Positions 38,692-49,053 of a DNA stretch of 64,000 bases are shown one piece after another. The stretch is from an uncultured virus (IMG/VR IMGVR_UViG_3300015360_000026). Its lineage: Duplodnaviria > Heunggongvirae > Uroviricota > Caudoviricetes. The notes beneath the pieces were generated by a model. The model saw only the letters and a list, made by a program, of their open reading frames with translations. It searched no databases and had not been told where the DNA came from. Where the stretch lies: IMG/VR virus record IMGVR_UViG_3300015360_000026; one strand, given 5' to 3'. Position numbers and translations under genes: made by a program. How positions within the stretch are numbered: the stretch's first letter is position 1; every line of letters begins with the position of its first letter.

Positions 38692-39726
38692 CTACTTGGT
38701 GTCCGTCGGCAAGGCCCGGACCGGCGACGGCAGTCGCAGGCTCTCCAGGTCGTCCAACCCCTTCACGTTCAGGCCGGCAGCGAGTGCCCCGACCTCACCG
38801 TCCCGAAGTTCAGCCGCCATCTTATCGTAGACCTTCACCTTCGGGCTCAGGAACTCGTTCGTCTCGTCACCGATCGAGTACACGTTCTCGATCTCGGACA
38901 TCAGCCCGCCGATGCTCTGCTCGATCTGGTTCTTCTTCTGGTCGAGGGTCTCCTCGGACTTCTCGATCTCCATCAGCCGGGCGTGGATGCCGAACAACTC
39001 AATGACGTTGAACTTGTTGATCTCGAACGTCCGGACCGCCTGGCTGGAGCGGGCACGCAACGTCGTCGCCCAGTGGTCATCCAGGTACTTCGCCATCTCA
39101 TCCTGAGAGTTGCAAATCTTCCCCGTCTGGAAACTTTGCAGCATGAACTCCAGCACGATCGGCCCGGCGAAGTACGCGAACATCTTGATCGAGGCGTCGA
39201 GGAAGGGGCGGGCGATGATCTCCTTACTCCACGGCATGACCGGGTTGTCGGCGTCGTGGTGCGACGGGACCAGGCCGAAGTTCCTCTGCATCGCCGGAAT
39301 CAGCACGTTCTTGGTGATGTAGTCCCGGTACTTCAGCCGGTCGCGGACATTGAAGAACAGCTGCTCGTAATACTCGATCGTGTTGGGGAGGATGCCGGTC
39401 GCGTTGTGGATCTGGTCGTTGCTCTGGCCCGCCAGGATGCGGGCCTGGATCATCATCGCGGTGTCGGACTCCTCCAGCTCCTTCTCGTGGATCTTGTAGG
39501 CGTAGAACATGTCGATGTTCCTCGCGAACAGCTCGTCGAGGTGGTCCTCCTGGTCGGGGGCGTTGTATTTGAGGATGAAGTTACGCCCGTCTCGAACGTA
39601 CTTGTCGTCCGACCGGCCCGGCCTACGCGGGGTCGGCTTGTGCCCGGCCAGTACGAGTACACGTTCCCACCGCCAGTCCGGGCGGCGGAAGAAGCTGTAC
39701 GTCTCCATCGCGTGGTGCAGATTCAT
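38692..39726 (-). CDS. Hypothetical protein
   Basis: Start at ATG 39726 (ATGA overlap); globular, typical codon usage. Confidence 0.65.
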   Translation of the reverse strand: MNLHHAMETYSFFRRPDWRWERVLVLAGHKPTPRRPGRSDDKYVRDGRNFILKYNAPDQEDHLDELFARNIDMFYAYKIHEKELEESDTAMMIQARILAGQSNDQIHNATGILPNTIEYYEQLFFNVRDRLKYRDYITKNVLIPAMQRNFGLVPSHHDADNPVMPWSKEIIARPFLDASIKMFAYFAGPIVLEFMLQSFQTGKICNSQDEMAKYLDDHWATTLRARSSQAVRTFEINKFNVIELFGIHARLMEIEKSEETLDQKKNQIEQSIGGLMSEIENVYSIGDETNEFLSPKVKVYDKMAAELRDGEVGALAAGLNVKGLDDLESLRLPSPVRALPTDTK

Positions 39727-40205
39727 TGCATGTCCGTCGAGGAACCGATGTTCACGCAGAACTCCCAGCCGTCGGTCGCCGTGATCACAACCCACAGGAC
39801 GCGGTTGTTGGCTTGGAGGCGGTCCGAGACGCCGGTGATCGGCGTCTGTTGGAGGGGGTCCTGGCTGAAAAAATAGTGACCAAAGCCGCCGGGCGACTCA
39901 TCAGCGTCGTACCGGGCCACGCCGAGTGTCCCGGCGATCGTCGGCTGCACGACAAACAGCTCCCGCGACAGGGCGTTGCCGTCCGCGTCCGTGACCGGCG
40001 TGTTGAAGGCCGCTTCCCGCCGGTTGTAGATGTCGACCGCGAAGCCTCCGACGCCGGGGGAGTCGGTCCGGCAGATGACGATCTTGTTGAGCAGCACGCG
40101 GCTGGGGACCTTGAGGCCGATGATGGCCTTGCCCGAGATGCCGCCGAATTCGGCGTCGCCGATGACGATGCCGCCGCGTGGTTCGATTTCGTGGGGGACA
40201 CCCAT
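39723..40205 (-). CDS. Hypothetical protein
   Basis: 160 aa, RBS GGAG. Confidence 0.6.
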   Translation of the reverse strand: MGVPHEIEPRGGIVIGDAEFGGISGKAIIGLKVPSRVLLNKIVICRTDSPGVGGFAVDIYNRREAAFNTPVTDADGNALSRELFVVQPTIAGTLGVARYDADESPGGFGHYFFSQDPLQQTPITGVSDRLQANNRVLWVVITATDGWEFCVNIGSSTDMQ

Positions 40206-40216
40206 TGCACTCTCCG

Positions 40217-42823
40217 TTAGTTACGGGCAGCTTCCTGCACACTCGGGTCGGACGGGTTGGCCATGTTACCGAACTGGCCGTCCATACCGCCACCGACTTG
40301 CTTCTCCTTGAGGAAGAGGCAGACGTCGCCCATGACCTCGAAGGCGTTGCGGAGGGAGTCTTCGAGTTCCGGCAAGTCCTGCTTGCCGTAGCGGTCCTCG
40401 AACTCCTCTTGGTGCCAGTAGAACATGAACAGGATGCGGCCCAGCTTGTCCAGGGCCTTCATCAGATCGCCCAGGTAGCGATCGACCAGGCTGTCCTGGC
40501 GGACGGCTTTGAGCATCCCCGAGATCATTGCCGTGTCGAAGACCTCTTTCTGGCCCGCCGCCCCGGCCTCCTGGGCCGTCTGCATCGCCTGCTGGTCGGG
40601 CTGGTAGAACGGGTCGTAGATCGTCGGGTCCGTCTTGGCGGACATCAGTTCGGGGGCCTGATGGAACTCCTCCTGCGGGTAGATCGCGTTGACCTGTCCG
40701 TTGCCGACCCGCTCCATGCCTTGCTCGGCCGGCGGGAACGCGGGAGCCCCAGGACCACCCGACAACGCAGACTGAGTCGGCCCGCCGAAGCCCTCGGCGT
40801 ACTTGATGCGGTAGGTCGCGGACCCCTTCTTCTCGGCCTGCCGCATGATGGCACGGGCCGACGCCTCGTCGGTGCCGTGGTCACGGACCAGGCTGATGAA
40901 CGCCGCCTTCTTGGTCATCCGGTGCTCGCGGCCATTCGCCTTGACGTACACGTCGCAGCCCCGGTCGAGGACGCGGATCGCCGCCGTCTTCTCGAACAAC
41001 ATGAGCTGCACGTCGTTGATGTTGCCGGGGTTGATCGGCCGCTCCTCGGTGCCGCTGCCGGGGTCGGACTCCGACATCGAACAACACGCGAGCAGGCCGT
41101 CCTCCTCACGCTTCTTCGGCTTGGGCGGGTCCTTGAGCTTGAAGACCTTGAAGTTCTTGGGCACGTTCAGCTCGCCACCGACGGACCGCAGCCCGGACCC
41201 TTCACGCGGGTTGATGTGCAACAGGACGTCATACGTCGAGACGTACTCCTCGCCCGACAGCCACCGGTTGTTACTGTGCGTCGGCGGCAGCCAGGTCGGG
41301 CGATCCTTGCCGTACGAACAGGCGTCCTTGAAGTCGACCCGATAGGTGTCGTCGTCGACCTTCTTGCGGACGCGGAACGGCGTGGTGCCCGCCCCGTTCT
41401 CGCCAACGGCCAGGTAATGGCCCTCCTGCTCCAGCGTGTCCGAGTCCGATACGCCCTTCCACCACTTCTGGAAGTCCGGGCGGTCGGGCTTGGCGTTGGG
41501 CTTCACCCACAGGTTGGAGGCGTGGATGTTCACCCAGTTCTTCGGGTCCGACAGGCGGATCACGGTGGCCCACTGCTCCCGGCCTCGGTTGGTCTGGGGG
41601 TGCATGATGACCAGCATCTCGTCGAACGAGCCCGGCTTCTCTAGGACGTCGAAGACCCCGGTCTCTCCGGGGTTGGTGAGTTCCATGCGGACCTGGGTGT
41701 CGTACACCTGGCTGACGCCCTGGGAGTCCCGCTTGTCCTTGATGAGGACGGTGTCCTTGAGGAGCTTCTCCCGCTCGTCGGAGTCCAGCTCCTCCTTGTT
41801 CTGGGTGAAGCCGCCGGGGGCATCCATGTCGACCTTGTTCTCGGTCGCCCGCTTGCCCATGGCCCCCGCGAGGGCGTCGTAGACGATGATCTGGAGGGCA
41901 CCGCTCTTGATCGGGTGCACGGCCGGCAGCGGGTCGGCGACGAGGGACCCGCCAACGCGGCGGTCGGCCGCGACCTTGGTTCGGACCGGGTCGACCTTCT
42001 TGATGAGTGACTTCGCGTCGGCCAACATGTCCTGGCCAAGTTTCAAGAAAAAGTCCCTGCCGTAGAACTTCTCGAAACCGGCTTTTAGGAGCGGGTGTCG
42101 CTGGGTCAACTCGAACGCCCCCTCGGCGAGCTTAATGTTCTCGCCCAAGAACCGCGTCAGAGTGAGCCGCTCGTCGAGGCCAGCGTGCTTCTGGAAGATC
42201 TTGTCGCTCTTGGTCGCGGCGGCACCAGCGAACGCCAAGAACGGGAGAGCCCACTCCTGGATGCGGGGCCGATAGTGGTCCGAGCCGTACTTCGACGACG
42301 TCGGCGGGTGCGACAGGCGATAGATGTCCGGCGGGACACCGCCGAGCTGGTAGGTGTCCTTGGGCGAAGCCTCGCCCAGGACGTGGGGCTTGCGGGAGAT
42401 CAGGTAGTTGACCCAGTTCTCCTTCATCGGCACGAAGGCGTCCTGCTTCTTGACGTACAGAAGCTCGTGGCCTTTCAAGTCGCCGTTCAAAAAGAACACC
42501 GGGGCGTAGAGCCACTGGTCGCCGACCTTGAACCCGAAGACGCCCATGGCCTTCGTGTTGTCCTCGTTCCGGTCGACGAGCTGAAAGCCGATGATGTAGT
42601 CGATGAGCCGGGGACTCTTGTCCTTCAGGTAGGCGTAGGCGAGCGAGGAGAAGGCTTGCTCGAAGCCCGACTCCTGCTCGCCGCCGATGGACGCCTGCTT
42701 GATCTTGGTGCGGTCGAGGTCCCGGACGGCCTGACGCAGGGGCGTCTTGGCCGACTTGGACGCCCAGTACCAGCCCTGGTCCGTGGATCGCTTCTCGAAT
42801 TTGGTCGTGGCGGTAATGCTCAT
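40217..42823 (-). CDS. Large hypothetical virion protein
   Basis: About 870 aa (start uncertain, 42823 or 42874); several K-x-A motifs. Confidence 0.65.
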   Translation of the reverse strand: MSITATTKFEKRSTDQGWYWASKSAKTPLRQAVRDLDRTKIKQASIGGEQESGFEQAFSSLAYAYLKDKSPRLIDYIIGFQLVDRNEDNTKAMGVFGFKVGDQWLYAPVFFLNGDLKGHELLYVKKQDAFVPMKENWVNYLISRKPHVLGEASPKDTYQLGGVPPDIYRLSHPPTSSKYGSDHYRPRIQEWALPFLAFAGAAATKSDKIFQKHAGLDERLTLTRFLGENIKLAEGAFELTQRHPLLKAGFEKFYGRDFFLKLGQDMLADAKSLIKKVDPVRTKVAADRRVGGSLVADPLPAVHPIKSGALQIIVYDALAGAMGKRATENKVDMDAPGGFTQNKEELDSDEREKLLKDTVLIKDKRDSQGVSQVYDTQVRMELTNPGETGVFDVLEKPGSFDEMLVIMHPQTNRGREQWATVIRLSDPKNWVNIHASNLWVKPNAKPDRPDFQKWWKGVSDSDTLEQEGHYLAVGENGAGTTPFRVRKKVDDDTYRVDFKDACSYGKDRPTWLPPTHSNNRWLSGEEYVSTYDVLLHINPREGSGLRSVGGELNVPKNFKVFKLKDPPKPKKREEDGLLACCSMSESDPGSGTEERPINPGNINDVQLMLFEKTAAIRVLDRGCDVYVKANGREHRMTKKAAFISLVRDHGTDEASARAIMRQAEKKGSATYRIKYAEGFGGPTQSALSGGPGAPAFPPAEQGMERVGNGQVNAIYPQEEFHQAPELMSAKTDPTIYDPFYQPDQQAMQTAQEAGAAGQKEVFDTAMISGMLKAVRQDSLVDRYLGDLMKALDKLGRILFMFYWHQEEFEDRYGKQDLPELEDSLRNAFEVMGDVCLFLKEKQVGGGMDGQFGNMANPSDPSVQEAARN

Positions 42824-42880
42824 GACTCCATCCGTGGATTCGGCTGTGTGTCTGCCATTCCTTCGGCACCGCACCGATGG

Positions 42881-44173
42881 TCACTGACTTCCGAAGACTC
42901 TCTTCGTGACTCGCGAGTAGTCGCCGGACTCTTGGGGGTTCGGCCGCTCGGTGGTCGGAACCGAGCCGACGGGGTGAACGGTATCGTGGTTCGTAAAGAC
43001 CCGTTGGTTGGTCTTATTGCCGCCGCTGTGGTCCGCCTTCAGACCCGGCGGTGTGGTGTCCTGCGGGACCGGCTTCAGCAGGTCGTCGAGGTTCAGCCCA
43101 AAGGACTCGGCTTTGATCTGTTGTTGCTTCTGCAACTCGTTCATGTTCGTAGGCGACTGCCCGTGGAACCGATCAGCCCAGACGTTGTTGGCACCGCCGA
43201 GGTTCTGACCGGTCGTCTGAAGTTTCAGCCTGGCATCTTGCATCTTCTTTTGCAACTCGGCCATATTGCCGTACTTGCCAGTCTTTAGGCCCGCAACTGC
43301 CTCTTCGTGCTGCTGCTTCAGCTGGGCTGCGTACGTCTTCGGGTTGAACCCGGCGTACATCTGGTCCTTGGTCGGCTGGTACGTACCTGTCTCGACTTGC
43401 TGCATCTGATCCGCGAGGTTTTGGATGTGGGCATTGTGGGACTCGGTCAATCGCTGGGCCTCTTGGTGTGCCCCGGCGTACGTATCAATCGGGTGGTCGC
43501 CACGAATGGCGTCGGAGATCTGCCTGCGGCCCGCATACACGCCACCAACAGCCGCAGGGACGCCGAGACCTACGCCGGCACGACCCAGCCACTTGCCGGA
43601 CGCGGTCCCCAGCGACGCCGGGGTCGGCATCGTCGGAAGCGAGTTCAGTGAACTCGGAGTCGCGGCCGGGCTGGGAACCGCCGACCGCGTCACGTTCGGG
43701 ACCGGCCTTGTCGGTGCGGAGACCGGGCCGGGAACCGCCGACCGCGTCACGTTCGGGACCGGCCTTGTCGGTGCGGAGACCGGGCCGGTCCCGCCCACCG
43801 ACGCCCGCGACGACATCGTCGAGGCGGGTGCCGGCACCAGTTTCGGGCCGGGCATACTCTTAACGATCGGGGTAGGCGGGATAGGTTGGTTGATCACCCT
43901 TCCCCCGACAGCCTGAGTCGGCAGCGTACGCCCCGCAGTCAGCTGCTTCGCCTTGCCGCTGAATTTGCCGAATTCCAGCAAGGTATTGCCGGCGTCCCGC
44001 AGCGTCCTGGGGTCCAGGCGACCAGCAGCATCTTTCTCCATCAAGACAACGACGGCCGCGATCTTGGCCATTGACGAGATGGCAGTCAGCGGAGACGGAG
44101 AAGCGACCTGGCGATGCCCGCTACGGGCACCGCCGGCCGCTCGTGCCAGTTGTGCGATGACATCCATGCCCAT
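42881..44173 (-). CDS. Putative internal virion protein, Pro/Thr-rich with one hydrophobic helix
   Basis: Start moved to ATG 44173 (RBS GGGAGGGAG); AGVGLGVPAAVGGVYAG. Confidence 0.55.
   Translation of the reverse strand: MGMDVIAQLARAAGGARSGHRQVASPSPLTAISSMAKIAAVVVLMEKDAAGRLDPRTLRDAGNTLLEFGKFSGKAKQLTAGRTLPTQAVGGRVINQPIPPTPIVKSMPGPKLVPAPASTMSSRASVGGTGPVSAPTRPVPNVTRSAVPGPVSAPTRPVPNVTRSAVPSPAATPSSLNSLPTMPTPASLGTASGKWLGRAGVGLGVPAAVGGVYAGRRQISDAIRGDHPIDTYAGAHQEAQRLTESHNAHIQNLADQMQQVETGTYQPTKDQMYAGFNPKTYAAQLKQQHEEAVAGLKTGKYGNMAELQKKMQDARLKLQTTGQNLGGANNVWADRFHGQSPTNMNELQKQQQIKAESFGLNLDDLLKPVPQDTTPPGLKADHSGGNKTNQRVFTNHDTVHPVGSVPTTERPNPQESGDYSRVTKRVFGSQ
43673..43788. repeat. Perfect 57-bp tandem duplication (19 aa: GPVSAPTRPVPNVTRSAVP)
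   Basis: Units start at 43673 and 43730 and are identical. Confidence 0.9.
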
Positions 44174-44227
44174 TGCTGTACTCCCTCCCGCGATTATAAC
44201 GACAAGTCGTTCCTGCAAACCAGACGA

Positions 44228-47200
44228 TTACCGAAGCAAGCTCAGCCAGTCGGAGCCGCCCTTCTTCATAACCGCTGGAGTTCGGAACTTTGCAAGTTCC
44301 GGATAGCGGTCGAAGATGGCGTCCTTCTTCGGGTCGCCCGTCGAGCGAAAGTTGACCAAGTTATTGCAGTCCGCCTGCTGGAGCTGGAACTTCGACGCAA
44401 GCTCGGAGAGCTCGTCCTGGAACTTGTCAAAGATCTTGGCCTCGTCCACGGACAGTTGAGGCTTGACGGGGGTGGCGGGTGCTGCGGGAGCGGCCTTCTG
44501 GATCGGCGGGATCGACGGGGAGACGGACTCGTCGCCCTGGTAGCCCGGACCGGTCAACGGGGTCGTACGCCGGTTCGGGTAGGTGAGGTCGATCGGCCGA
44601 CGGGTGGACGCGGGCGGCATGCCGAGGTTCTGGTTGTATTGGTCCGCCACCTTGCGGTCCTGCTCGCGTTTCACCGCAGCGACCATCAGCGTCTTCGCGT
44701 AGTCGCCGTACATTGGCCCTTTAACCGGGTCGCGGCGGATGTTCGTAAGTTGGGTCGACGACAGTTTCGCCGGGTCTCCGTATTCCTTCAGAAATAGGGC
44801 CTGTTGGTCCGCCATCCGATTCGCCGAGGCAGCCTCCTCCTCCTTCACCTTGTGTTTTCGCTCGGTGGCCTCTTGCGAAAACTGGGCTTGGAACTTCTGG
44901 TCCAGTGTCTTGTGCCACTCGGGGTCGGTGACGTTCTGGGACCGGATCTCGGCGATGCGTTCTAGGGCTTTCTGCTTCAGCTCCGGCGGCGTGTCCGGAT
45001 TATTAGCCCGCCGGTGCAGCAACGCATACTCGCTAGCGGCGTTGTTCTGCTCGTCTTGGGCGATGTCGCGACGCTCTTGGATTATCGAGCCACCAGTGTG
45101 CCCGAGCAGCCGAGCCTGGTGGGCGGGGTTCAAGAAAAAGTTGGCGGCGTCACTGACAGGTGACTCCGACTTGCCGGCGAACAGGTTAAACGCATCTTGC
45201 AGGGACTGCTCGTTGCGATTTCTCGTGCCCTCGTAATTGCCGCCGATTGCGTTCCCGATATCCTCGCCCACATCGTTACCCACCATCAGCGGTCGCACGA
45301 ACTTGCCGAGGAACCCGGCCACGCCCATACGTCCCGGTACTGCCGGGACACCGGGAGCCGGATTGACCGCCTTAGTCCCGGCCAGGGCGTTGCCGATGCG
45401 AGAAAAGAGACTACCCTCGCTGCTGACGGTACGTAGGACACGACCGGTTGCCGCCGCAGTTAGCCCGCCTGCCGCCAGAGCCGCGGGAGCCGCCTTGGCC
45501 ACGTCAGCCAAACCGATATTCGGCATCTGCGGCCCGCTGTCGGCTTGATTCTGCCCCGGCATGACGCCGCCACCGGGGTGGTAGTATTCTTCCTGCCCGT
45601 CGCCGTCCTCGTCGCCGTCACCCGGAACACCGCCCATGCCTACCCCACGCCGGCCTGGGTACTTCGACTGCATGTTGTGGCCGTGGATCTGCCCGGTCAA
45701 GACACCCCAGGCGTTCTGATCGAGGCCGTGACCGATCGCCCCGATGCCGCCCTCTTCGATATGCTGCTGAGCCTGGGTAGGGTCCATGTGGTGTAGGTAG
45801 TTCTGGCCGCGTCGGAACCCGCCGTTGTACACGACCGGGTTCTGCTGCTGAGCCTTCTGCTGAATGTTGGCGGTCGTCGCCGTGCCGACGCCACCGACGT
45901 AATCGTACGACGGCTTCGGGGCCGCAGGGGAGGCCCCAGTTGAGGCCCCAGTAGGAGCCCCAGTCGCCGCTGGTGGCGAGACCTGCGGTGCAGGCGGCGG
46001 TGCAGGCGGCGGTGCAGGCGTCGTCTTCGGGGCGGTCGACGCGATCGGTTTGGGGGCAGTGGCCGGGTCGTCGGCCTTCTTCAACCGAGACTTCTTGTCC
46101 TCCGACCACTTCATTAGGCTGGCCCAGTTCTTCTTGGGGGCCGGTGCCGGTGCGGGTGCCGCCGGGTGTTTCGCGGCCACGGGCACGCTCGGTCCCGACA
46201 GGTCGGGTTTGCTGGTCGGCTCGGGCTGCCGGACCATACCGACCCGGCCGAAGTCCACGGCCCGTGACAGACCCGGAACAAAGGACGTGCCCAGCTCGTT
46301 CGACGTGCCGCCGCGTTGGGCCGCTTCGAGCAGGCTGGCCTTCTGCCCCGACCCGTACATCTTGGTCATCCAGTCGGGGTCGTGGGCGACGTTCGCCATG
46401 CCCCGGATCATCTCGGCCTGGAACGGCGGCGGCTCGGCGTGGACGGTGACGTTGTCGACACCGAAGTGCTCGAACTCCTTCAGCATCGACGGCCGGACCT
46501 TGGTGCCGATCGTGTGGTGTAAGATCGGCCGTTCTAGGTACTTGCCCAGGGCCTTCTTCGGGTGAACGGACTCGTGCCCGTCGCGGGGCTCGTAAGTGTG
46601 CTCCAGCGTCGAGTACGGGACGACGTCGTCCTGTACATGGTCGCCGTGCTCCTCGGTAAGCCGGACGTGGTTGATGAGGCCGCGTGACAAGACCTCCAGG
46701 TTCCGCCGGTTGACCTTGAGCCCGGCCCCCCGCATGGCGTCACGCATGGCCCCCATGAAGTACCGCCGGCCCTCACCGATGCCCTTGTGCTCGATCACGG
46801 TCGACGGATTCGGCCACCCGTCGGAGAGTATGTCACCAGCTTCGACCTGGTCTCCTGGTTTCACCCTCGGGTCGTACCCACGACCGACATAGTGCTGTTG
46901 CCCGTCGATGGTGATGAACTTGCCGCCCGCCGGGGCGTCCTCAATCCGCTGGACGATGCCGTCGACGGTGGAGTGGGCTGCACCGCCCTTGAACGTCTTG
47001 GGGGCCTGGATGAGCTGGTTGACGGCCTCGAAGCCGCTCACGGACTTCTCCTGACCGGCGACGCCGCCGGAGTGCTTGGCACTCAGCTGGCCTTGCTGGA
47101 GTGGCTCGGACAGGGCCTGGGCGGCTTGGAGGCCGATCTGCTCGCCCCGCCCAGGGAGACCGCCCCGCTCGCGAACGCCGACGTCACGGGAGTAGACACC

Positions 47201-48085
47201 GCCATCGGGTGAGCCGCCGACCAACGCACTGCGGACGAGGATCTTGTCGTGGCCGAGGGCCTTCATGTGTTTGAGGATCTTTGGCGTCAGCATCATGTGC
47301 CGCTTGTACGGCCCGACGTCCTGGGCCAGGAGGGCACCCTCACTGTCCATGTCGTCGACATCGACTGGGAGGCCCCGGTTGGCAGGGTACTCCTGGTCGT
47401 GGTCGAGGGCACTGACCATGAGCCGGTGGCTGATCTGGTTCAACTGCTTGGACAGGAAGCCAGCGTCCTGGGTGGCGAACTTGGTCGCCATGACGCCCTT
47501 GCGGGCACCGTACGTGCCAGCCCAGTATTCGGCCGGAGTGAGCCCCTGGCTGTACGAGCGTATCACAGGCAGGGGGATGACGTTGTCGTGGTGGTCGGTG
47601 TACAGCATGTCGCTGCCACGGAGCGACGACAGGTTCATCTCGTTGCCGCGACTGCCCGACTGGACCTGACGGGCCAGGGGGTTGCCCTCGGCGAGGGACT
47701 CGGCGTACACGTCCTTCATCTGCTGATCTTGTGCAGCCCCAGCCTTCCGGATGATGAGTTCGTGCCGCTGCGTGTCGGTGAGCTTGTCGTCGTTGAGGAT
47801 CTTGTCGATGTCGCCCTGGAGGCTGACGCCGATCTTGTGGGCCGACTTGGCCTTGAGGAGGTGTTCAAGGGAAAAGCTGTTGCCGCCCGAGCGGGTGGCG
47901 ACGTGCCGGCCGACGTCGGCCAGCTTCTTCGAGACTTCCAGATACTTCTCGGGGCTCTTCTCAGCGATCTCCCGGAGAAGGGCGTTCATGCCCTTCTTGT
48001 CCATCACCCGGTCGTAATTGCGGTACTCCTCCGGCAACGCTTCGTTGATGAGGAGCTGACCCATCGTTGTGCGGAGGGGAGGCAT
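44228..48085 (-). CDS. rpoC: RNA polymerase beta' C-terminal subunit with long low-complexity extension
   Basis: SGSRGN, bridge helix GLTPAEYW..GARKG..TKFATQDAGFLSKQL, trigger loop IGLQAAQALSEPLQQGQLSAKHSGG, jaw V.PGDQVEAGDILSDG.PNP. Confidence 0.85.
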   Translation of the reverse strand: MPPLRTTMGQLLINEALPEEYRNYDRVMDKKGMNALLREIAEKSPEKYLEVSKKLADVGRHVATRSGGNSFSLEHLLKAKSAHKIGVSLQGDIDKILNDDKLTDTQRHELIIRKAGAAQDQQMKDVYAESLAEGNPLARQVQSGSRGNEMNLSSLRGSDMLYTDHHDNVIPLPVIRSYSQGLTPAEYWAGTYGARKGVMATKFATQDAGFLSKQLNQISHRLMVSALDHDQEYPANRGLPVDVDDMDSEGALLAQDVGPYKRHMMLTPKILKHMKALGHDKILVRSALVGGSPDGGVYSRDVGVRERGGLPGRGEQIGLQAAQALSEPLQQGQLSAKHSGGVAGQEKSVSGFEAVNQLIQAPKTFKGGAAHSTVDGIVQRIEDAPAGGKFITIDGQQHYVGRGYDPRVKPGDQVEAGDILSDGWPNPSTVIEHKGIGEGRRYFMGAMRDAMRGAGLKVNRRNLEVLSRGLINHVRLTEEHGDHVQDDVVPYSTLEHTYEPRDGHESVHPKKALGKYLERPILHHTIGTKVRPSMLKEFEHFGVDNVTVHAEPPPFQAEMIRGMANVAHDPDWMTKMYGSGQKASLLEAAQRGGTSNELGTSFVPGLSRAVDFGRVGMVRQPEPTSKPDLSGPSVPVAAKHPAAPAPAPAPKKNWASLMKWSEDKKSRLKKADDPATAPKPIASTAPKTTPAPPPAPPPAPQVSPPAATGAPTGASTGASPAAPKPSYDYVGGVGTATTANIQQKAQQQNPVVYNGGFRRGQNYLHHMDPTQAQQHIEEGGIGAIGHGLDQNAWGVLTGQIHGHNMQSKYPGRRGVGMGGVPGDGDEDGDGQEEYYHPGGGVMPGQNQADSGPQMPNIGLADVAKAAPAALAAGGLTAAATGRVLRTVSSEGSLFSRIGNALAGTKAVNPAPGVPAVPGRMGVAGFLGKFVRPLMVGNDVGEDIGNAIGGNYEGTRNRNEQSLQDAFNLFAGKSESPVSDAANFFLNPAHQARLLGHTGGSIIQERRDIAQDEQNNAASEYALLHRRANNPDTPPELKQKALERIAEIRSQNVTDPEWHKTLDQKFQAQFSQEATERKHKVKEEEAASANRMADQQALFLKEYGDPAKLSSTQLTNIRRDPVKGPMYGDYAKTLMVAAVKREQDRKVADQYNQNLGMPPASTRRPIDLTYPNRRTTPLTGPGYQGDESVSPSIPPIQKAAPAAPATPVKPQLSVDEAKIFDKFQDELSELASKFQLQQADCNNLVNFRSTGDPKKDAIFDRYPELAKFRTPAVMKKGGSDWLSLLR

Positions 48086-48101
48086 CCGTGCCCCTAAGAT
48101 C

Positions 48102-48117
48102 TAGAAACCGGAATCTA
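48102..48117. promoter_or_regulatory. 16-bp quasi-palindrome, copy 6
   Basis: TAGAAACCGGAATCTA, upstream of the beta' C-terminal gene. Confidence 0.6.
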
Positions 48118-48140
48118 GCGGCCCGCAACGTGCGGGCCGC
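48118..48140. terminator. Intergenic stem-loop
   Basis: GCGGCCCGCA-ACG-TGCGGGCCGC perfect 10-bp stem. Confidence 0.5.
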
Positions 48141-48149
48141 ACGAGGTGC

Positions 48150-49052
48150 TTAGCGGCGGTTCTTCTTGGCCTTCTTGCCGGTCACGGGGAGTGCGGGCAA
48201 GGGCGGCTCAATCTTCTTGTCCTCGGGGGGCAGGTCGAACAGGTCGTCAACCTCGGCTGCCTCAGCCGGCTGCACGGCCGACAGGAAGTTCGACGGCGGG
48301 GCCATGACGACCGGTTCCTCGGGTTGGAGGAAGTCGTCCGTGCCGTCATCGACCTCGACAGGGGGCGGGGCCTCGGGGATCGCCTCTTCTTCGACCTCGT
48401 CGGTCTTGAGGAAGTCCATCGGGTCGCCCAGGACCGGCTTTTCGCTGCCCTCGCCGTTGGCGACCGGGGCACCGTAGATCTCGTCAGGCGTCCGCGTCTC
48501 CTTGAGCACGTGAGCCGGACCTCGACCGAGAATGGCGATGTCCCGGTACTGGTCCTCGGTGATCGTCTCGCGGGTCACGAGCATCTCCAGCCGCGTCCGC
48601 AGCCGCATGACCAAGGCGTTGTCGCCGAACACGTGGATCGTCACCGGCCCGGTCGGGACCATGTTGACGGCCGAGTGAACGACCGCGTCGACCTCGCGGG
48701 CGTCGGTGAGCATCAGCTGACCAGGCACCCGACTGGGGACCGTGGCCATGCCGTTGACGGGAATGTCGCCGATTTTGACGCGGTGCCCGCCGGGACGACC
48801 AGTCTTCAGTGCGGCGACCTGCTGAGGCGTCGGCTTGCGGTCCTTCGACCGGTAGTACCGGTCGGTGTCCTTGTCGTTAAGGTCGGCGAGCGAGGCCAAG
48901 TTGGTGGGCGGGCCAGGCATGATCGCCTCGCCCGGCTTCATGGTTGTGCTGTCAACGGGCTGGCCGGCGAACACCGACGGAGTGCCCGATCGGTAGTACC
49001 GGTCAGCGTTGTTGGTGTCGAACCGGTTGCGAAGGTCGTCCTGCTGACTCAT
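48150..49052 (-). CDS. Hypothetical protein with acidic Pro-rich C-terminus
   Basis: Start at ATG 49052 (RBS AGGAG); internal repeat DRYYRS x2. Confidence 0.6.
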   Translation of the reverse strand: MSQQDDLRNRFDTNNADRYYRSGTPSVFAGQPVDSTTMKPGEAIMPGPPTNLASLADLNDKDTDRYYRSKDRKPTPQQVAALKTGRPGGHRVKIGDIPVNGMATVPSRVPGQLMLTDAREVDAVVHSAVNMVPTGPVTIHVFGDNALVMRLRTRLEMLVTRETITEDQYRDIAILGRGPAHVLKETRTPDEIYGAPVANGEGSEKPVLGDPMDFLKTDEVEEEAIPEAPPPVEVDDGTDDFLQPEEPVVMAPPSNFLSAVQPAEAAEVDDLFDLPPEDKKIEPPLPALPVTGKKAKKNRR

Positions 49053-49053
49053 G

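Noticed and set aside
40217..42823. Portal or terminase assignment for the large ORFs upstream of the protease
   Set aside because: No Walker A/B, nuclease or portal-like motifs recognisable; left as hypothetical.
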